DNA from: Candidatus Bathyarchaeota archaeon
Lineage (GTDB): Archaea > Thermoproteota > Bathyarchaeia > 40CM-2-53-6 > RBG-13-38-9
DNA length: 64,000 nt
Assembly (NCBI GenBank): GCA_963807605.1
Contig: CAWECG010000003.1
Span: 672,001-736,000, forward strand
Reading direction: 5' to 3'
The notes under the pieces were generated by a model. That model made no database searches, was not told the origin of the DNA, and saw only the letters and a program-made list of their open reading frames with translations. Positions 29,726 through 38,810 of this stretch are shown here, one piece after another (positions within the stretch are counted from its first letter, which is position 1; the number at the start of each line of letters is the position of its first letter). Position numbers and translations under genes: made by a program.

Positions 29726-30830
29726 GGGCTTGTCCCGATATTCTTTGAGTTGACACGGAAAGATCCATATGGTTTGAGCCCCACACCCTCCTACTTGGAG
29801 GCGATTCCAGATAGAAGGGTACGAGACTCTGGAGTCACTGCTGAGTAATCTGGATTTATCGTTTGTTGAACGCCTCATTGTTAGCTGCTATCATCAAGAC
29901 GGTCCAGGTAAACCTCCACGAAACCCCTTAGGACTCTTCAAGGCACACCTCGCCAGACGCTACCTGAGAATGAGCAGTCTGCGTGATTCTGAACGCCACT
30001 TATGTCATGATGAGAGGCTACGTGACATATGCGGCATAAGATATGAGGAGCCAGCGTACGGTAGGACGGTACTCTCAAGATTCAACCAGCGGCTAGGCGC
30101 AAGAAGACTAAGACGCATAGTAAACAAACAGGTCAAGAAGTTGCTGAAGAAACACATAGCAAAACCCAGGATAGTCGCTATGGACGCTACCTTCATCAAA
30201 GCCTACAGCAGACGCAACATAAACAATAGAACAGGCTTCAGCGACCCTGAAGCCCGTGTAGGAAGAGCCTACCGCACATACAGCCTAGGTTACAAACTAC
30301 ACCTCACAGTCGATGCAGACACAGGGACACCCCTAGCCTTCCTCATCTCACCAGCAAACACTAACGAGAAGAAACTCAGCATACCACTCCTCAAAATGAC
30401 AGTTAAAACCACAGCAATCAGAATCCGACAGCTAACCGCTGACAGTCAATACTCCAGCAACAGACTCAGAGAGACCGCTAAAAGACACAAAATCAAGACC
30501 GCGATACCCTACCCAGCCAACCAGAACCCTGAAAGACAAAACATCCTCAGAGTAACCAGCGACTTCAAAACACACGGCCCAGAAAACCTCAAACGCATCT
30601 ACAAGAAACGCTCAACCATAGAGCTCGTCTTCGCATCACTCAAAGAACACCTCACCCTCAACAATCACAAAACAAGAGGCTTAGAAAACATCACCATCCA
30701 CACCAGCTACTGCATACTATGCCTACTCTACACCATAGAAGCCTCACACAACACCAAACAACCCACCAAAACCAGAAGCATAACACACTGGACAAACCTA
30801 ACATGAAAACGCTAATATCGGGACAACCCA
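29726..30830 (+). mobile_element. IS5/IS1182-like insertion sequence, about 1.1 kb
   Basis: Terminal inverted repeats GGCTTGTCCCGATATT (29727-29742) and AATATCGGGACAACCC (30814-30829). Flanks are TAGCGCGC and GCGCGCTA, giving a direct repeat of GCGC or AGCGCGC. Confidence 0.88.
29811..30806 (+). CDS. DDE transposase with DUF772-like N-terminus
   Basis: MDATFI, GYKLH, ADSQY, YKKRSTIELVF. The frame is open from 29778 and includes GPGKPPRNPLGLFKA; likely ATA start after GGAGG. Confidence 0.85.
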   Translation: MEGYETLESLLSNLDLSFVERLIVSCYHQDGPGKPPRNPLGLFKAHLARRYLRMSSLRDSERHLCHDERLRDICGIRYEEPAYGRTVLSRFNQRLGARRLRRIVNKQVKKLLKKHIAKPRIVAMDATFIKAYSRRNINNRTGFSDPEARVGRAYRTYSLGYKLHLTVDADTGTPLAFLISPANTNEKKLSIPLLKMTVKTTAIRIRQLTADSQYSSNRLRETAKRHKIKTAIPYPANQNPERQNILRVTSDFKTHGPENLKRIYKKRSTIELVFASLKEHLTLNNHKTRGLENITIHTSYCILCLLYTIEASHNTKQPTKTRSITHWTNLT

Positions 30831-30888
30831 GCGCGCTATAGCTTATTCTGTCGATGAGAGGTTAGGGGTGTTGCTTGAAGTTCATTTC

Positions 30889-31038
30889 TTAGATCTTCGT
30901 TATTTCGAGTTCAGCGAATACGCGTATACTCTTGTGTTTTTCTTCGAATTCTCTTAATAATTCGATTATTCTCTTTTCGAGTCGGGCTTGATCAGGGTCT
31001 GGTATAAATGTAACTTTTGATAAAGTGACATCCGGCAT
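30889..31038 (-). CDS. Small hypothetical protein (49 aa)
   Basis: MPDVTLSKVTFIPDPDQARLEKRIIELLREFEEKHKSIRVFAELEITKI; BRE/TATA GGAAAGCTTAAAA at 31087-31075. Confidence 0.6.
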   Translation of the reverse strand: MPDVTLSKVTFIPDPDQARLEKRIIELLREFEEKHKSIRVFAELEITKI

Positions 31039-31179
31039 AACTGTGCACGTTCTGTATCGTGTGGCGTCTTGAGTTTTAAGCTTTCCTGGAATGCACGCTG
31101 ATTACAAAAAGACGAACAAGAGGGTGACACTCATTTCAGAGTTTAGTGCAGTCCGACCGGGATACGCGAGCGGGTTTCA

Positions 31180-31563
31180 TCAGCCGTTTTCTATCGGAAG
31201 CACGGCATCGACCAGGAGCAGTTTCGAAAGGGAGAACCAGTCTTCGACGACTGCTTTGGAGGCTTTGCCGTAGTATTTTTCATAAAGTGCGAGTTTGGCG
31301 GTCCATGCCTCGTCCTCGAGTGCATCTAGGTATCGTGCTTTCCCCATGAAGCGTTCTCCGCCGATCTCAAAGACGATCCGAGCGTTCTTCTTGATATTTC
31401 TCATCCAATCGGTCTCTTCACCCTCATGGCTAAGGTAGACCTTATCGTCATTGATGGCAAACCAAAGCTTTACCATGTGAGGCTTTCCAGTTTTTCGTCC
31501 CGTGCTTCTAAGATGAATGAATTTCGCGGATCCCAACTCTGCCAATGCACTCGGGTTTGTCAT
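31180..31563 (-). CDS. Deazaflavin (F420)-dependent oxidoreductase, DDN-like split barrel
   Basis: TGRKTGKPH, LWF, DWMRNIKKN, EKY. Confidence 0.8.
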   Translation of the reverse strand: MTNPSALAELGSAKFIHLRSTGRKTGKPHMVKLWFAINDDKVYLSHEGEETDWMRNIKKNARIVFEIGGERFMGKARYLDALEDEAWTAKLALYEKYYGKASKAVVEDWFSLSKLLLVDAVLPIENG

Positions 31564-31647
31564 AAGGCTTCTCTCACAACTAGCTCGCGCGCGCTAGGCT
31601 TAATCGTTGGTTGAACCGCGCGTGTGTGCCGATTAGGTTCCTTGGGG

Positions 31648-32154
31648 CTATGTTTCTTTCCTATCTTTGGAGTAGGCTAGATAGGAATAGTAAGGTGCGT
31701 TGATATTCATTTTCCAGAACTCGGCGAAGATCTCTCCGTAGTGATGGATTACTTCGATTGGTATGTGATAGAGCACATCGCCGAGGGGGCACATAACCTC
31801 TTTACCATCTGGTTGAACTCGCTTAACCCCCCTTTTGAGGTCATTCGTGGTTATGGCGTTGAATAGCTTGGCAGTCTTGGCGTCCACTTCGCTCATGTAT
31901 CTCTTGATCTCTTGCAGGTTTCTGAAGTCTTCCGGCTTCTGGGTGCCTTCACCCAATCCAGCTGCTCTGTGGTGTAGCCAGTTGTCTTCAACAATCACGG
32001 TGTGAACGAAAACATCCTTAATACTCTCGAAACTCAAGCCTCGATTCCTTGTGAACTCTTCTTCAGACATATTCTCGAAGGCATGGAGGAGTCCGTCCCG
32101 CTCCTTCTTGAAGTAATCAAACATATCCTGATAATCCAGCAAACCAAACACCAA
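31648..32154 (-). CDS. DinB family protein
   Basis: SIKDVFVH...EDNW, LYH...EVIHHYGEI. Confidence 0.8.
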   Translation of the reverse strand: MVFGLLDYQDMFDYFKKERDGLLHAFENMSEEEFTRNRGLSFESIKDVFVHTVIVEDNWLHHRAAGLGEGTQKPEDFRNLQEIKRYMSEVDAKTAKLFNAITTNDLKRGVKRVQPDGKEVMCPLGDVLYHIPIEVIHHYGEIFAEFWKMNINAPYYSYLAYSKDRKET

Positions 32155-32448
32155 CCAAACATCTACAGGTATTGCTAGATGAATTCTTAACCTCTACCGT
32201 CGGCAACACGCGCGCGTAATCTTAGGCCTTAGACGCATTCAACATGAGACGTCGCGGCGCCTTCGCCGTCGAATGTGAAGTTGGGATGTTGTAGGCCGAA
32301 TTTCAATTTGAGAATTTCGCTTCAACACCCCATCGACGTCGAACGATTATTTATCGACTTGCTACGCATTTGCCAAGACAATTCGACAACAGGAACGACT
32401 TGTTGTTGGTGTCTGTTCTTCGATCATCCGCTAGATCAGGATCCTAAT

Positions 32449-33180
32449 TTATGGTTCTTGAAGTATACGTTGCTTGTTGCCAAACCGGTTATGGTGCGCG
32501 AAATCTTCTACATTACGGCGCACTCTCATGTATTTAGTTGGCGCAGAGATGGGGTAGCCTAAGCGGCAGGTAAAGGCAATTTTCATGTATTCGGGGATAT
32601 CGAGAATTCTCTTCACTTCTTTCTCGACGGCGTTCGCACTGAAGGCACTCATTATGTGAAAGCTAATCCCTAGGGACTGGGCCATGAGCCACATGTTCTC
32701 CATTACGCAGCCAAGACTCATAATGCCCAAAACATCCCCCTCTGAACCAGGTGCTCTCTTCCTGGAGTCATGGATCACTATCAGAAGCATCGGACTGTCC
32801 CGAATGATTTCTTGCAGGGATCTGGTCCCTCTCTCACGAACGACTTCATCCAGCTTTGCAGGATTAGTCCATGACGGCGGGAACATGGCGGCGAGGAGTC
32901 CAACCTTCTTTTGGAGTAACTCTTTTTCCGAGAATGAGAGCTGCTGATAGTTCTCCCGAATGAACTCTTCCGAGATCGGGGACTTGATCCTTCCTATCTT
33001 CTCCAGAAGCTTCTTGTCGTCTACGACGAGAATCTTGAAGTTCTGCATGTTGTGGGCCGTGGGCGCCCAGCGCGCCGCCTCAAGGATCTGCCTTACATCC
33101 TGCTTACTCACAGGGCGCTCCCGATCGAAGGGAACCCTCGACGAATGCCTTTCCTCGATGAGCTTCACGATATTAGTCAT
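32449..33180 (-). CDS. Nitroreductase family protein
   Basis: RHSSR, AARWAPTAHNMQ, ENMWLMAQSLG, LGYP. Confidence 0.88.
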   Translation of the reverse strand: MTNIVKLIEERHSSRVPFDRERPVSKQDVRQILEAARWAPTAHNMQNFKILVVDDKKLLEKIGRIKSPISEEFIRENYQQLSFSEKELLQKKVGLLAAMFPPSWTNPAKLDEVVRERGTRSLQEIIRDSPMLLIVIHDSRKRAPGSEGDVLGIMSLGCVMENMWLMAQSLGISFHIMSAFSANAVEKEVKRILDIPEYMKIAFTCRLGYPISAPTKYMRVRRNVEDFAHHNRFGNKQRILQEP

Positions 33181-33460
33181 GACGACCCTCCCACCTTCAG
33201 AATCGCAACTTCTCACTGCCTAGCATATTAACTCGACGAGTAAGGGAGTTCTAGCGCGCGCTAAAAGAAGAATAATCACATCAGTAGAGGAGTAGATCTC
33301 TTCTAATCAGGACCCTCTCGCATAACCGAGAATTCCTACATCCACTTTTCCGTAACGCGCGTTTACGATCCTACGATAAGGGAAGGGTTCAACTGATGTC
33401 ACTATTCTCTCCCTACAAATACTCACGCACTACCTTTGATAAATCGTGGTTTGTATGCGG

Positions 33461-34474
33461 CTATGTCCCAGCCCGCGTTTTCTTAAGATCGAGAGCACGA
33501 AGTACTCTTTCTGGCGTAATAGGTAGTTCGTCGATCCACACACCCACGGCATCGTACACTGCATTCATAATCGCTGGCGATGGCGCGTTGGCTGTAAACT
33601 CCCCGATTCCTTTTACACCATACGGTCCGCCAGTAGATGGGCACTCGTAGATCCCTGCTACCAATTCAGGAACATCCATCACTGATGGAATGACATAGTC
33701 ACCAAGATTCTCAGGCTGCCACTTGAGCTCAGGATAGTATGGATGTAGATGTTCCATCAAGGCAGCGCCCATGCCCATCACCGCGCCACCCTCAATCTGG
33801 CCCTCAACTAGCATTGGATTTATTGCCTTACCAGCATCTACAACAGACGTAAGCTTGAGCACATCGACCACACCAGTCTCCGTGTCCACTTCTACTTCCG
33901 CTTGCACTGCGGTCCATGCAAGTGTTGTGAACGGGTCGATTCTACCTGTCACTGGATCAAGCTTAGAAGCAGGTCGCATGAAGTATCCGTTCCCAATAAG
34001 CGCCTTACCCAGCTCATATATCGCCTTGTTCGCGATAGCATCAATGTTCACACAACGCTCCGGTGATCCTCTGACAAAGATCTTACCTTTCTGAGCTACT
34101 AGATCTTTTGTTGAAACATCTAGATCTTCGGCTGCCACTTCAAACAGGATCGATCGCACTTGACGGGCCGCGTTCACCACGGCATTGCCCGTCATATACG
34201 TTACGCGGCTCGCAATACTGCCTGCACAGTGTGGACAGGTGTCAGTATCCCGATTCAGAACGTTGACTTGATCATACCCGATTCCTAACTCTTCGGCCGC
34301 CATCTGCGCCAACACGGTTTTACAGCCTTGGCCGACATCTGTTGATCCCACAATCAGATCCGCGGTACCATCGGGTTTGATCTTGATGATGGCATGACTT
34401 GGATCTCCGCCGCCAGTGAATCCTGTTGGATATAGCCCAACAGCAATTCCTTTACCTTTTTTCTTCATATTCAA
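33461..34474 (-). CDS. Molybdenum hydroxylase medium molybdopterin subunit (NdhM-like; C-terminal part of a split large subunit)
   Basis: MKKKGKGIA, DVGQG, ASR, AINP..VEGQIEGG, GVKGIGE. Confidence 0.88.
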   Translation of the reverse strand: MNMKKKGKGIAVGLYPTGFTGGGDPSHAIIKIKPDGTADLIVGSTDVGQGCKTVLAQMAAEELGIGYDQVNVLNRDTDTCPHCAGSIASRVTYMTGNAVVNAARQVRSILFEVAAEDLDVSTKDLVAQKGKIFVRGSPERCVNIDAIANKAIYELGKALIGNGYFMRPASKLDPVTGRIDPFTTLAWTAVQAEVEVDTETGVVDVLKLTSVVDAGKAINPMLVEGQIEGGAVMGMGAALMEHLHPYYPELKWQPENLGDYVIPSVMDVPELVAGIYECPSTGGPYGVKGIGEFTANAPSPAIMNAVYDAVGVWIDELPITPERVLRALDLKKTRAGT

Positions 34475-35823
34475 TCATACCTCTTCGATGAAGACATGTT
34501 CTTTAGTTTGTGTGGCAAATCGACACCCGCTTTTTGCGCCAGACTCTGCATGACCTCTATCAATGCAACGCTGTCCACAGAACTCTGGGTCGGTGTCAGA
34601 TCGCCCTCACGATAAGCGTTTATGAAACGAATTTCCCAAGGATCTATTCCCAAACAGGTTGCGATCTTGTTCATCTGGATCTCGGTCGAGAAGGTGCTAG
34701 GTGTGAGGCCAAAGCCTCGCATAGAACTGGACGGAGGCTTGTTTGTTAATACGCAGGATACTTCAATGTCGACGTTTGGTATTAAGTACGGCCCTGTAGC
34801 GTAGTAGGCATACTTGTCCACAACGTAGGGGTTCATTCCTAGATATCCCCCGGCTTCGCGGGTGCTCTGAATCTGACGTGCAACGATGCGTCCGTTCTTC
34901 TTGACGCCATCCTTGATTCTGATATTCCATGCACCTCGATAAGAAGAGTAGAGTAGCTCTTCTTCACGTGTCCAACGCCACTTCACAGGCCGGCCTGTTT
35001 TCAGCGCTACTACAGCAGTCACATGATCGGATTGAATGTCATTCTTTCCACCAAAGCCCCCGCCTATTGTCCCGCCTACAAAACATATCTTGTTAAGAGG
35101 CATCTGCAAGATGTTGCTGAGCATCCTTTGATGCCAGTAGGGTGCTTGGCTCATGCTATAGATTGTTAGTTTGCCGTTGGCTTCTGGCACAGCCACGCTG
35201 ACCTGCGGCTCCATCTGGGCATGTTCGAAAGTAGGATGTTTGTATTCCCCTTCGACAATCTCATCTGCCTGTCTAAATCCGGCATCTATATCGCCAAAGG
35301 TGATCTTTCGGCAAGGATTCCCGTCAACCATATAGACGTTGCCTTCCGGGCTCACTTTCGGGCTATCCGGCTCCATTGCTCTTAACGGATCAAACACGCC
35401 TTCCTGCTCCTCAATATCCACTTCAACTTGACCAACTGCCTCAAGGGCCGTATCCTCATCCACCGCCGCTACTGCGACGATGGGCTCACCTTTGAAGCGA
35501 ACAGAATCTTCGGCAAGAACTGGCTGGTCTTGAACACAGGGTCCAAACTTGTTGTTTGGGACATCACGCCCCGTGATTACTCCCACTACTCCCGGTGTCT
35601 TCTCCGCCTTACTGACATCGATGTTCTTGATAATTCCCTTGAACACTGGACTCCTGAAGACCTTAATGTACAACACGTCTGGAAAAAGTATGTCGTCTAC
35701 AAACTTGGTTCTTCCAGTGACATGATCTAAACCGTCATAACGCTTCTCTCTTCTACCCACGACGTTCAGAGTCTCTTTCGCATGTTCTAGATGTGTTAGC
35801 ACCTGCAATCTTGTCCACCTCAT
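34471..35823 (-). CDS. Molybdenum hydroxylase large molybdopterin subunit (NdhL-like; N-terminal part)
   Basis: VTG..KFVDD, HAQMEP, IGGGFGGK, TREEE, MRGFG. Confidence 0.88.
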   Translation of the reverse strand: MRWTRLQVLTHLEHAKETLNVVGRREKRYDGLDHVTGRTKFVDDILFPDVLYIKVFRSPVFKGIIKNIDVSKAEKTPGVVGVITGRDVPNNKFGPCVQDQPVLAEDSVRFKGEPIVAVAAVDEDTALEAVGQVEVDIEEQEGVFDPLRAMEPDSPKVSPEGNVYMVDGNPCRKITFGDIDAGFRQADEIVEGEYKHPTFEHAQMEPQVSVAVPEANGKLTIYSMSQAPYWHQRMLSNILQMPLNKICFVGGTIGGGFGGKNDIQSDHVTAVVALKTGRPVKWRWTREEELLYSSYRGAWNIRIKDGVKKNGRIVARQIQSTREAGGYLGMNPYVVDKYAYYATGPYLIPNVDIEVSCVLTNKPPSSSMRGFGLTPSTFSTEIQMNKIATCLGIDPWEIRFINAYREGDLTPTQSSVDSVALIEVMQSLAQKAGVDLPHKLKNMSSSKRYD

Positions 35824-36305
35824 CTATAGTTAATACTGGCTTCTCCCATTTCTTTAGCAGCAGCCATTACCGAATCTATAATCTTCACATAGCCTGTACA
35901 GCGGCAGAGATTGCCTGATAATGCTTCTTTGACTTCTTCTCTTGTGGGGTTAGGATTTTCGTCAAGCAATGCTTTGGCTGCGAGGATCATTCCTGGAGTG
36001 CAAAAGCCACATTGAGCACCGTAATGTTCGTGGAAAGCTTTCTGAAGAGGATGTAATGCTCTCAGTTTACGCAACCCTTCTATTGTGATAACGCTTTTTC
36101 CCTGAGTAGTCAGCGCATTAGTGATGCAGGACTTGACTAGGCGACCATCTAGAAGGACTGAACAACAGCCGCAGTCGCCGGTGTTGCAGCCGATTTTGGG
36201 GCTTGTGATGCTGAGTTCGTCCCGCAACACCTCAAGCAGGCTTGTGTCTGCCTCCACTTCCACTTTGTGAGACCGATCATTCACATTCAGTACGAGTGTG
36301 TACAC
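35820..36305 (-). CDS. Molybdenum hydroxylase 2x[2Fe-2S] subunit
   Basis: GCNTGDCGCC, QCGFCTPG, NLCRCTGY. Confidence 0.93.
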   Translation of the reverse strand: MYTLVLNVNDRSHKVEVEADTSLLEVLRDELSITSPKIGCNTGDCGCCSVLLDGRLVKSCITNALTTQGKSVITIEGLRKLRALHPLQKAFHEHYGAQCGFCTPGMILAAKALLDENPNPTREEVKEALSGNLCRCTGYVKIIDSVMAAAKEMGEASINYR

Positions 36306-36321
36306 TTGTGTCTTCCTCCTT

Positions 36322-37170
36322 TTATTTCGCCAGCTCTTCCAGAAGGCCTTTCACTAGCGCTCTTGTGGCTCGTCTCCGATACCACGCCGTCGCTCGCACA
36401 TCATCTATGGGACTGGTTTCTTCTGCCGCCATTTTCGCTACAGATTCCATTAGGCGAGTATTCAATTGCCTGCCCTCTAACAGATCGGCTGCCTTCTTGG
36501 CTAGGATTGGTGTGGGCGCCACCGCGCATAGGGCGATCCTTGTTTTGCTGCATTTGCCGTTGTCGAATCTTGCTGAAATCGCCCCCGCGACTACGGAGAG
36601 TGTTTCTGCCTGTCGGCGACCAAGCTTCCGATACGCCCATTTCGTATTGATATCGGGTGTTGGTATAATCACTTCTTTCAACAGTTCATCTGGACTTAGC
36701 ACAGTCTTTCCAGGCCCCTTAAAGAATTCTTCGATTGGAATCATCCTTTCGCCCCTCTTTGAGGTTAGCCTTAGCGATGCTCCCAAGGCAAGCAATGGTA
36801 CTGCTGAATCGGCTGCTGGAGATGCATTTGCTAGGTTTCCACCGATCGTTGCTGAGTTCCTGATTGCCGGTCCGGCAATATGGCGAACAGCCTCTACTAA
36901 TAGTGGTATTTTCTCTTGCACTGATTCTGATCGTGTGATATCTGTTAGGGGGGTCGCCGCCCCGATTATGATATTGGTTTCTTCCAACTTGATGTAGTTC
37001 AGCCCACATCCTCCAATGTGGACCAGTACTTCTGGAGCGGTTAGCCTTCGATTGAGTTTGACCATCACGTCTGTGCCGCCGGCTAGGATCTTGGCCTTAT
37101 CTCCATATTGTGCCAGCATATCATAGGCATCCTGCAGGTCGCGTGCGTTGTGAAAGGCTATTTTGGCCAC
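36322..37170 (-). CDS. Molybdenum hydroxylase FAD-binding subunit
   Basis: AGGTD, IRNSATIGGNLANASPAAD, PIDDVRATAWYR. Confidence 0.93.
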   Translation of the reverse strand: MAKIAFHNARDLQDAYDMLAQYGDKAKILAGGTDVMVKLNRRLTAPEVLVHIGGCGLNYIKLEETNIIIGAATPLTDITRSESVQEKIPLLVEAVRHIAGPAIRNSATIGGNLANASPAADSAVPLLALGASLRLTSKRGERMIPIEEFFKGPGKTVLSPDELLKEVIIPTPDINTKWAYRKLGRRQAETLSVVAGAISARFDNGKCSKTRIALCAVAPTPILAKKAADLLEGRQLNTRLMESVAKMAAEETSPIDDVRATAWYRRRATRALVKGLLEELAK

Positions 37171-37424
37171 TTTGTATCTACCTACGAAATCATCAATGTT
37201 TTTTGGCTTTAAACTTATTTAGAGCAACGGCGTAGAAAGAGCCTTCCGCGCGCCAATGCATGCTTGGTCCTCTTCTTCCTTTCTCCTGAGACACGCATTA
37301 ATTGCGTCAGGATGACCTAGATACGACGGCACCATGTAACGCGCGCGTTGCTCCCTTTCTTGGCGGAAGCTAATCATTTATTCGTAGTTTGGATTTATAC
37401 ATATTCACGATATGACGGATACGT

Positions 37425-38810
37425 TTGATCTTGTTCGCCAAGATTAGCTATGACAAGGGGACAATTCTGGTCAGAGGTGATGTGCATGTCCCTAACTCAA
37501 GTTGGGATTCTCGCTCAGGCGCCTACAGGGCGATGGGACTATACTACAGGGAGATCATCGATTACCTCAATCTAAGTGGCATCCAGTATAGCGATGAGGC
37601 ACTTGATCTGCTTCCATGTCCTCATCTACACTGTAAGGTGAGAATGCGAAGTTACCAGGAGGAGGCTTTGAGTGCGTGGCTCAAGGCTGGGAGACGAGGT
37701 GTGGTCGTGCTTCCTACCGGTTCTGGCAAGACAGTTATTGGAGTGGGAGCTATCTCGAGGCTAGACGTTCCGGCGATAGTGATTGTTCCGACGTTGGATC
37801 TGGTGGAGCAGTGGAGGCGGGTCCTCTCAAGAGAGTTTGAGGTTGAGGTTGGTGCTTATGGGGGTGGAGAGAGTGTTCTGAGGCCGCTGACCGTCTCAAC
37901 CTATGACTCTGCCTACCTACGGGTTATTGAGCTTGGGAACAGGTTTGGATTGATGATCCTTGATGAGGTTCATCATCTTCCAGCTATGGGCTTCCGCAAT
38001 ATCGCCGAGATGTTTGCGTCACCGTATAGGATGGGTTTAACAGCTACCTATGAGCGGGAAGATAATCTCCATTTGGATCTGCCGCGGTTGGTTGGAGGAA
38101 AAGTCTACGAACTCGCTGTTCAAGATTTGGCCGGTCGACACCTTTCAGAGTACGATCTTGAGAGAATCTATGTCGAACTGACTCCGGAGGAAGAGGCTGA
38201 GTATAATGGAAAGTATAAGGTCTTCAGAGACTTCTTGGCGAGTCGCGGACTGGTGCTAAGGACTCCGACGGATTTTACTCACTTCATAATGCGGACAGGT
38301 AGAGATCCAGCTGCGAGAGAAGCGCTCCTTGCCAGGAATAGAGCGCTGGACATAGCCCTGAACTCTCAGTCAAAGCTTGAAGCCCTGAAGAAGATCCTGT
38401 TGGAGAATCCGTCCGATTCGACCATTATCTTCACTCAACATAACAAGCTCGTGCACAGAATCGCTAGAGACTTTCTCATCCCATGCATAACATATATGAC
38501 GCCCAAGGATGAGCGGACGGAGATCCTTGACAGTTTTCGAGATGGCAAGTATAGGCTGGTTGTGACATCAAAGGTTCTTGATGAGGGTGTTGACATTCCG
38601 GATGCAGCCCGAGCAATCATACTGAGTGGCACAGGAAGTTCAAGGGAGTTCATACAGCGCTTAGGCAGGATCTTGAGGAAGAGAGAAGGCAAGAGGGCGA
38701 AGCTAGTTGAGATTGTCTCGAGAGAGACAGTTGAGACCCGTATGAGCTGGAGGCGTAAGAGGAAGTGGAGGGAAGATGCTACCGTCGAACCTTCTGATAA
38801 CCCGATCTAG
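37425..38810 (+). CDS. xpb: XPB/Rad25-like SF2 helicase
   Basis: PTGSGKT, DEVHH, GLTATYERED (RED motif), QRLGRILR. Confidence 0.9.
   Translation: MILFAKISYDKGTILVRGDVHVPNSSWDSRSGAYRAMGLYYREIIDYLNLSGIQYSDEALDLLPCPHLHCKVRMRSYQEEALSAWLKAGRRGVVVLPTGSGKTVIGVGAISRLDVPAIVIVPTLDLVEQWRRVLSREFEVEVGAYGGGESVLRPLTVSTYDSAYLRVIELGNRFGLMILDEVHHLPAMGFRNIAEMFASPYRMGLTATYEREDNLHLDLPRLVGGKVYELAVQDLAGRHLSEYDLERIYVELTPEEEAEYNGKYKVFRDFLASRGLVLRTPTDFTHFIMRTGRDPAAREALLARNRALDIALNSQSKLEALKKILLENPSDSTIIFTQHNKLVHRIARDFLIPCITYMTPKDERTEILDSFRDGKYRLVVTSKVLDEGVDIPDAARAIILSGTGSSREFIQRLGRILRKREGKRAKLVEIVSRETVETRMSWRRKRKWREDATVEPSDNPI

Noticed and set aside
29715-29786. N-terminal extension of the methyltransferase ORF
   Set aside because: It lies within the IS left end, so it is an artefact of the insertion.
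33461-35823. Aerobic CO dehydrogenase (coxL), or a frameshifted large subunit
   Set aside because: It lacks the AYxCSFR/AYRGAGR loop (has MRGFG), and the split matches natural L/M subunits.
36242-36997. 251-aa plus-strand ORF
   Set aside because: Antisense shadow of the FAD subunit gene, with no family motifs.
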